Assembly: GCA_964016885.1 (NCBI GenBank)
Contig: OZ024758.1
Coordinates: 28,458,001 to 28,522,000, forward strand
Direction of reading: 5' to 3'
Source: Eledone cirrhosa
Taxonomy: Eukaryota
DNA length: 64,000 nt
Shown one piece after another: positions 54,901-64,000 of this stretch. The first letter of the stretch is position 1. Every line of letters begins with the position of its first letter. Made by a program: the position numbers and the translations under genes. Under the pieces are notes generated by a model, which was not told where the DNA came from, searched no databases, and saw only the letters and a list, made by a program, of their open reading frames with translations.

Positions 54901-57900
54901 AGGTAGACTAGAGTGACAGTCTTCTCCATCTTGTCACCCAGGACCATGAGGTAGACTAGAGTGACAGTCTTCTCCATCCTGTCACCCAACACCATGAGGT
55001 AGACTAGAGTGACAGTCTTCTCCATCCTGTCACCCAACACCATGAGGTAGACTAGAGTGACAGTCTTCTCCATCTTGTCACCCAGGACCATGAGGTAGAC
55101 TAGAGTGACAGTCTTCTCCATCCTGTCACCCAACACCATGAGGTAGACTAGAGTGACAGTCTTCTCCATCTTGTCACCCAGGACCATGAGGTAGACTAGA
55201 GTGGCAGCCTTCTCCATCTTGTCACCCAGGACCATGAGGTAGACTAGAGTGACAGTCTTCTCCATCTTGTCACCCAGTACCATGAGGTAGACTAGAGTGA
55301 CAGTCTTCTCCATCTTGTCACCCAGGACCATGAGGTAGACTAGAGTGGCAGTCTTCTCCATCTTGTCACCCAGGACCATGAGGTAGACTAGAGTGACAGT
55401 CTTCTCCATCCTGTCACCCAACACCATGAGGTAGACTAGAGTGACAGTCTTCTCCATCTTGTCACCCAGGACCATGAGGTAGACTAGAGTGACAGTCTTC
55501 TCCATCTTGTCACCCAACACCAAGAGGTAGACTAGAGTGACAGTCTTCTCCATCCTGTCACCCAACACCATGAGGTAGACTAGAGTGACAGTCTTCTCCA
55601 TCTTGTCACCCAGGACCATGAGGTAGACTAGAGTGGCAGTCTTCTCCATCTTGTCACCCAACACCAAGAGGTAGACTAGAGTGACAGTCTTCTCCATCCT
55701 GTCACCCAACACCATGAGGTAGACTAGAGTGGCAGTCTTCTCCATCTTGTCACCCAGGACCATGAGGTAGACTAGAGTGACAGTCTTCTCCATCCTGTCA
55801 CCCAGGACCATGAGGTAGACTAGAGTGACAGTCTTCTCCATCCTGTCACCCAACACCATGAGGTAGACTAGAGTGACAGTCTTCTCCATCTTGTCACCCA
55901 ACACCAAGAGGTAGACTAGAGTGGCAGTCTTCTCCATCCTGTCACCCAACACCATGAGGTAGACTAGAGTGACAGTCTTCTCCATCTTGTCACCCAACAC
56001 CAAGAGGTAGACTAGAGTGACAGTCTTCTCCATCTTGTCACCCAGGACCAAGAGGTAGACTAGAGTGACAGTCTTCTCCATCCTGTCACCCAACACCATG
56101 AGGTAGACTAGAGTGACAGTCTTCTCCATCTTGTCACCCAACACCAAGAGGTAGACTAGAGTGACAGTCTTCTCCATCTTGTCACCCAGGACCAAGAGGT
56201 AGACTAGAGTGACAGTCTTCTCCATCCTGTCACCCAACACCATGAGGTAGACTAGAGTGACAGTCTTCTCCATCTTGTCACCCAACACCAAGAGGTAGAC
56301 TAGAGTGACAGTCTTCTCCATCTTGTCACCCAGGACCAAGAGGTAGACTAGAGTGACAGTCTTCTCCATCCTGTCACCCAACACCATGAGGTAGACTAGA
56401 GTGACAGTCTTCTCCATCCTGTCACCCAACACCATGAGGTAGACTAGAGTGACAGTCTTCTCCATCTTGTCACCCAGGACCATGAGGTAGACTAGAGTGA
56501 CAGTCTTCTCCATCCTGTCACCCAACACCATGAGGTAGACTAGAGTGACAGTCTTCTCCATCTTGTCACCCAGGACCATGAGGTAGACTAGAGTGGCAGT
56601 CTTCTCCATCTTGTCACCCAGGACCATGAGGTAGACTAGAGTGACAGTCTTCTCCATCTTGTCACCCAGGACCATGAGGTAGACTAGAGTGACAGTCTTC
56701 TCCATCTTGTCACCCAGGACCATGAGGTAGACTAGAGTGACAGTCTTCTCCATCCTGTCACCCAACACCATGAGGTAGACTAGAGTGACAGTCTTCTCCA
56801 TCTTGTCACCCAGGACCATGAGGTAGACTAGAGTGGCAGTCTTCTCCATCTTGTCACCCAGGACCATGAGGTACACTAGAGTGACAGTCTTCTCCATCTT
56901 GTCACCCAGGACCAAGAGGTAGACTAGAGTGGCAGTCTTCTCCATCTTGTCACCCAGGACCATGAGGTAGACTAGAGTGACAGTCTTCTCCATCTTGTCA
57001 CCCAGGACCATGAGGTAGACTAGAGTGACAGTCTTCTCCATCTTGTCACCCAGGACCATGAGGTAGACTAGAGTGACAGTCTTCTCCATCTTGTCACCCA
57101 GGACCAAGAGGTAGACTAGAGTGGCAGTCTTCTCCATCTTGTCACCCAGGACCATGAGGTAGACTAGAGTGACAGTCTTCTCCATCTTGTCACCCAGGAC
57201 CATGAGGTAGACTAGAGTGGCAGTCTTCTCCATCCTGTCACCCAGGACCATGAGGTAGACTAGAGTGACAGTCTTCTCCATCTTGTCACCCAACACCATG
57301 AGGTAGACTAGAGTGACAGTCTTCTCCATCCTGTCACCCAACACCATGAGGTAGACTAGAGTGACAGTCTTCTCCATCTTGTCACCCAACACCATGAGGT
57401 AGACTAGAGTGACAGTCTTCTCCATCCTGTCACCCAACACCATGAGGTAGACTAGAGTGGCAGTCTTCTCCATCTTGTCACCCAACACCATGAGGTAGAC
57501 TAGAGTGACAGTCTTCTCCATCCTGTCACCCAGGACCATGAGGTAGACTAGAGTGGCAGTCTTCTCCATCCTGTCACCCAGGACCATGAGGTAGACTAGA
57601 GTGACAGTCTTCTCCATCCTGTCACCCAGGACCATGAGGTAGACTAGAGTGGCAGTCTTCTCCATCCTGTCACCCAGGACCATGAGGTAGACTAGAGTGA
57701 CAGTCTTCTCCATCCTGTCACCCAACACCATGAGGTAGACTAGAGTGATAGTCTTCTCCATCCTGTCACCCAACACCATGAGGTAGACTAGAGTGGCAGT
57801 CTTCTCCATCCTGTCACCCAGGACCATGAGGTAGACTAGAGTGGCAGTCTTCTCCATCTTGTCACCCAGGACCATGAGGTAGACTAGAGTGACAGTCTTC

Positions 57901-60900
57901 TCCATCTTGTCACCCAGGACCATGAGGTAGACTAGAGTGACAGTCTTCTCCATCTTGTCACCCAACACCATGAGGTAGACTAGAGTGACAGTCTTCTCCA
58001 TCTTGTCACCCAACACCATGAGGTAGACTAGAGTGGCAGTCTTCTCCATCTTGTCACCCAACACCATGAGGTAGACTAGAGTGACAGTCTTCTCCATCTT
58101 GTCACCCAGGACCATGAGGTAGACTAGAGTGACAGTCTTCTCCATCCTGTCACCCAACACCATGAGGTAGACTAGAGTGGCAGTCTTCTCCATCCTGTCA
58201 CCCAACACCATGAGGTAGACAACAGTGGCAGTCTTCTCCATCCTGTCACCCAACACCATGAGGTAGACTAGAGTGACAGTCTTCTCCATCCTGTCACCCA
58301 GGACCATGAGGTAGACTAGAGTGACAGTCTTCTCCATCTTGTCACCCAGGACCATGAGGTAGACTAGAGTGACAGTCTTCTCTATCCTGTCACCCAGGAC
58401 CATGAGGTAGACTAGAGTGACAGTCTTCTCCATCCTGTCACCCAGGACCATGAGGTAGACTAGAGTGACAGTCTTCTCCACCTTGTCACCCAGGACCATG
58501 AGGTAGACTAGAGTGACAGTCTTCTCCACCTTGTCACCCAGGACCATGAGGTAGACTAGAGTGACAGTCTTCTCTATCTTGTCACCCAACACCATGAGGT
58601 AGACTAGAGTGACAGTCTTCTCCATCCTGTCACCCAGGACCATGAGGTAGACTAGAGTGACAGTCTTCTCCACCTTGTCACCCAGGACCATGAGGTAGAC
58701 TAGAGTGACAGTCTTCTCTATCCTGTCACCCAGGACCATGAGGTAGACTAGAGTGACAGTCTTCTCCATCCTGTCACCCAGGACCATGAGGTAGACTAGA
58801 GTGACAGTCTTCTCCATCCTGTCACCCAGGACCATGAGGTAGACTAGAGTGACAGTCTTCTCCACCTTGTCACCCAGGACCATGAGGTAGACTAGAGTGA
58901 CAGTCTTCTCTATCCTGTCACCCAGGACCATGAGGTAGACTAGAGTGACAGTCTTCTCCATCCTGTCACCCAGGACCATGAGGTAGACTAGAGTGACAGT
59001 CTTCTCCATCTTGTCACCCAGGACCATGAGGTAGACTAGAGTGACAGTCTTCTCCATCCTGTCACCCAACACCATGAGGTAGACTAGAGTGACAGTCTTC
59101 TCCATCCTGTCACCCAGGACCATGAGGTAGACTAGAGTGACAGTCTTCTCCATCTTGTCACCCAGGACCATGAGGTAGACTAGAGTGGCAGTCTTCTCCA
59201 TCTTGTCACCCAACACCATGAGGTAGACTAGAGTGACAGTCTTCTCCATCCTGTCACCCAACACCATGAGGTAGACTAGAGTGGCAGTCTTCTCAATCTT
59301 GTCACCCAACACCATGAGGTAGACTAGAGTGACAGTCTTCTCCATCTTGTCACCCAGGACCAAGAGGTAGACTAGAGTGACAGTCTTCTCCATCCTGTCA
59401 CCCAGGACCATGAGGTAGACTAGATGACAGTCTTCTCCATCCTGTCACCCAGGACCAAGAGGTAGACTAGAGTGACAGTCTTCTCCATCTTGTCACCCAG
59501 GACCAAGAGGTAGACTAGAGTGACAGTCTTCTCCATCTTGTCACCCAGGACCAAGAGGTAGACTAGAGTGACAGTCTTCTCCATCCTGTCACCCAGGACC
59601 ATGAGGTAGACTAGAGTGACAGTCTTCTCCATCTTGTCACCCAACACCATGAGGTAGACTAGAGTGACAGTCTTCTCCATCTTGTCACCCAACACCATGA
59701 GGTAGACTAGAGTGACAGTCTTCTCCATCCTGTCACCCAGGACCATGAGGTAGACTAGAGTGACAGTCTTCTCCATCTTGTCACCCAGGACCATGAGGTA
59801 GACTAGAGTGACAGTCTTCTCCATCCTGTCACCCAGGACCATGAGGTAGACTAGAGTGACAGTCTTCTCCATCTTGTCACCCAGGACCATGAGGTAGACT
59901 AGAGTGACAGTCTTCTCCATCTTGTCACCCAGGACCATGAGGTAGACTAGAGTGGCAGTCTTCTCCATCCTGTCACCCAGGACCATGAGGTAGACTAGAG
60001 TGACAGTCTTCTCCATCTTGTCACCCAACACCATGAGGTAGACTAGAGTGACAGTCTTCTCCATCCTGTCACCCAGGACCATGAGGTAGACTAGAGTGAC
60101 AGTCTTCTCCATCTTGTCACCCAGGACCATGAGGTAGACTAGAGTGACAGTCTTCTCCATCTTGTCACCCAGGACCATGAGGTAGACTAGAGTGGCAGTC
60201 TTCTCCATCCTGTCACCCAGGACCATGAGGTAGACTAGAGTGACAGTCTTCTCCATGCTGTCACCCAACACCATGAGGTAGACTAGAGTGACAGTCTTCT
60301 CCATCCTGTCACCCAGGACCATGAGGTAGACTAGAGTGACAGTCTTCTCCATCCTGTCACCCAGGACCATGAGGTAGACTAGAGTGACAGTCTTCTCCAT
60401 CTTGTCACCCAGGACCATGAGGTAGACTAGAGTGACAGTCTTCTCCATCTTGTCACCCAGGACCATGAGGTAGACTAGAGTGACAGTCTTCTCCATCTTG
60501 TCACCCAGGACCATGAGGTAGACTAGAGTGACAGTCTTCTCCATCTTGTCACCCAGGACCATGAGGTAGACTAGAGTGACAATCTTCTCCATCTTGTCAC
60601 CCAACACCATGAGGTAGACTAGAGTGACAGTCTTCTCCATCCTGTCACCCAACACCATGAGGTAGACTAGAGTGACAGTCTTCTCCATCCTGTCACCCAA
60701 CACCATGAGGTAGACTAGAGTGACAGTCTTCTCCATCTTGTCACCCAGGACCATGAGGTAGACTAGGGTGACAGTCTTCTCCATCTTGTCACCCAGGACC
60801 AAGAGGTAGACTAGAGTGGCAGTCTTCTCCATCTTGTCACCCAGGACCATGAGGTAGACTAGAGTGACAGTCTTCTCCATCTTGTCACCCAGGACCATGA

Positions 60901-63900
60901 GGTAGACTAGAGTGGCAGTCTTCTCCATCCTGTCACCCAGGACCATGAGGTAGACTAGAGTGACAGTCTTCTCCATCTTGTCACCCAACACCATGAGGTA
61001 GACTAGAGTGACAGTCTTCTCCATCCTGTCACCCAACACCATGAGGTAGACTAGAGTGACAGTCTTCTCCATCTTGTCACCCAACACCATGAGGTAGACT
61101 AGAGTGACAGTCTTCTCCATCCTGTCACCCAACACCATGAGGTAGACTAGAGTGGCAGTCTTCTCCATCTTGTCACCCAACACCATGAGGTAGACTAGAG
61201 TGACAGTCTTCTCCATCCTGTCACCCAGGACCATGAGGTAGACTAGAGTGGCAGTCTTCTCCATCCTGTCACCCAGGACCATGAGGTAGACTAGAGTGAC
61301 AGTCTTCTCCATCCTGTCACCCAGGACCATGAGGTAGACTAGAGTGGCAGTCTTCTCCATCCTGTCACCCAGGACCATGAGGTAGACTAGAGTGACAGTC
61401 TTCTCCATCCTGTCACCCAACACCATGAGGTAGACTAGAGTGATAGTCTTCTCCATCCTGTCACCCAACACCATGAGGTAGACTAGAGTGGCAGTCTTCT
61501 CCATCCTGTCACCCAGGACCATGAGGTAGACTAGAGTGGCAGTCTTCTCCATCTTGTCACCCAGGACCATGAGGTAGACTAGAGTGACAGTCTTCTCCAT
61601 CTTGTCACCCAGGACCATGAGGTAGACTAGAGTGACAGTCTTCTCCATCTTGTCACCCAACACCATGAGGTAGACTAGAGTGGCAGTCTTCTCCATCTTG
61701 TCACCCAACACCATGAGGTAGACTAGAGTGACAGTCTTCTCCATCTTGTCACCCAGGACCATGAGGTAGACTAGAGTGGCAGTCTTCTCCATCTTGTCAC
61801 CCAACACCATGAGGTAGACTAGAGTGACAGTCTTCTCCATCTTGTCACCCAACACCATGAGGTAGACTAGAGTGACAGTCTTCTCCATCTTGTCACCCAA
61901 CACCATGAGGTAGACTAGAGTGACAGTCTTCTCCATCTTGTCACCCAACACCATGAGGTAGACTAGAGTGACAGTCTTCTCCATCTTGTCACCCAACACC
62001 ATGAGGTAGACTAGAGTGGCAGTCTTCTCCATCTTGTCACCCAACACCATGAGGTAGACTAGAGTGACAGTCTTCTCCATCTTGTCACCCAGGACCATGA
62101 GGTAGACTAGAGTGACAGTCTTCTCCATCTTGTCACCCAGGACCATGAGGTAGACTAGAGTGACAGTCTTCTCCATCCTGTCACCCAACACCATGAGGTA
62201 GACTAGAGTGGCAGTCTTCTCCATCCTGTCACCCAACACCATGAGGTAGACAACAGTGGCAGTCTTCTCCATCCTGTCACCCAACACCATGAGGTAGACT
62301 AGAGTGACAGTCTTCTCCATCCTGTCACCCAGGACCATGAGGTAGACTAGAGTGACAGTCTTCTCCATCTTGTCACCCAGGACCATGAGGTAGACTAGAG
62401 TGACAGTCTTCTCTATCCTGTCACCCAGGACCATGAGGTAGACTAGAGTGACAGTCTTCTCCATCCTGTCACCCAGGACCATGAGGTAGACTAGAGTGAC
62501 AGTCTTCTCCACCTTGTCACCCAGGACCATGAGGTAGACTAGAGTGACAGTCTTCTCCACCTTGTCACCCAGGACCATGAGGTAGACTAGAGTGACAGTC
62601 TTCTCTATCTTGTCACCCAACACCATGAGGTAGACTAGAGTGACAGTCTTCTCCATCCTGTCACCCAGGACCATGAGGTAGACTAGAGTGACAGTCTTCT
62701 CCACCTTGTCACCCAGGACCATGAGGTAGACTAGAGTGACAGTCTTCTCTATCCTGTCACCCAGGACCATGAGGTAGACTAGAGTGACAGTCTTCTCCAT
62801 CCTGTCACCCAGGACCATGAGGTAGACTAGAGTGACAGTCTTCTCCATCCTGTCACCCAGGACCATGAGGTAGACTAGAGTGACAGTCTTCTCCACCTTG
62901 TCACCCAGGACCATGAGGTAGACTAGAGTGACAGTCTTCTCTATCCTGTCACCCAGGACCATGAGGTAGACTAGAGTGACAGTCTTCTCCATCCTGTCAC
63001 CCAGGACCATGAGGTAGACTAGAGTGACAGTCTTCTCCATCTTGTCACCCAGGACCATGAGGTAGACTAGAGTGACAGTCTTCTCCATCCTGTCACCCAA
63101 CACCATGAGGTAGACTAGAGTGACAGTCTTCTCCATCCTGTCACCCAGGACCATGAGGTAGACTAGAGTGACAGTCTTCTCCATCTTGTCACCCAGGACC
63201 ATGAGGTAGACTAGAGTGGCAGTCTTCTCCATCTTGTCACCCAACACCATGAGGTAGACTAGAGTGACAGTCTTCTCCATCCTGTCACCCAACACCATGA
63301 GGTAGACTAGAGTGGCAGTCTTCTCAATCTTGTCACCCAACACCATGAGGTAGACTAGAGTGACAGTCTTCTCCATCTTGTCACCCAGGACCAAGAGGTA
63401 GACTAGAGTGACAGTCTTCTCCATCCTGTCACCCAGGACCATGAGGTAGACTAGATGACAGTCTTCTCCATCCTGTCACCCAGGACCAAGAGGTAGACTA
63501 GAGTGACAGTCTTCTCCATCTTGTCACCCAGGACCAAGAGGTAGACTAGAGTGACAGTCTTCTCCATCTTGTCACCCAGGACCAAGAGGTAGACTAGAGT
63601 GACAGTCTTCTCCATCCTGTCACCCAGGACCATGAGGTAGACTAGAGTGACAGTCTTCTCCATCTTGTCACCCAACACCATGAGGTAGACTAGAGTGACA
63701 GTCTTCTCCATCTTGTCACCCAACACCATGAGGTAGACTAGAGTGACAGTCTTCTCCATCCTGTCACCCAGGACCATGAGGTAGACTAGAGTGACAGTCT
63801 TCTCCATCTTGTCACCCAGGACCATGAGGTAGACTAGAGTGACAGTCTTCTCCATCCTGTCACCCAGGACCATGAGGTAGACTAGAGTGACAGTCTTCTC

Positions 63901-64000
63901 CATCTTGTCACCCAGGACCATGAGGTAGACTAGAGTGACAGTCTTCTCCATCTTGTCACCCAGGACCATGAGGTAGACTAGAGTGGCAGTCTTCTCCATC
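45957..64000. repeat. 48-bp satellite (gtcacccaggaccatgaggtagactagagtgacagtcttctccatc[c/t]t)n, >=375 copies, runs off the window
   Basis: The 60-base lines repeat every 240 bp (5 units); only two 1-bp deletions seen (after 59424 and 63455). Confidence 0.99.

Noticed and set aside
34951-64000. CRISPR-like arrays
   Set aside because: Head-to-tail units with no unique spacers, no cas genes, eukaryotic context.

Overview
AT-rich, microsatellite- and transposon-laden animal genomic DNA. The repeat repertoire (RTE-tailed SINEs, RTE, CR1, R4/Dong and Penelope elements in (TA)n tracts) suggests an octopus or other coleoid cephalopod; this is inference, not a database match. The window appears to be mostly intron of a minus-strand CAPS/CADPS (unc-31) gene. 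One clear 107-nt exon (18885-18991, [35 protein letters not shown]) is missing from the ORF track. Two phase-compatible candidate microexons (12 nt at 29549-29560; 33/30 nt at 44482/44485-44514) lie in the intron where vertebrate CADPS has alternative small exons, each followed by a TGCATG motif. The rest is TE debris: a Penelope with ~600-bp inverted arms each carrying a minimal hammerhead ribozyme, several long hairpins and a U6 pseudogene. Two large satellites fill much of the 3' half: a 46-bp array (~5.7 kb) grown from the 3' end of an old RTE LINE, and a 48-bp array (>=18 kb, off the window end) with higher-order structure. The very long ORFs in the track are repeat translations.
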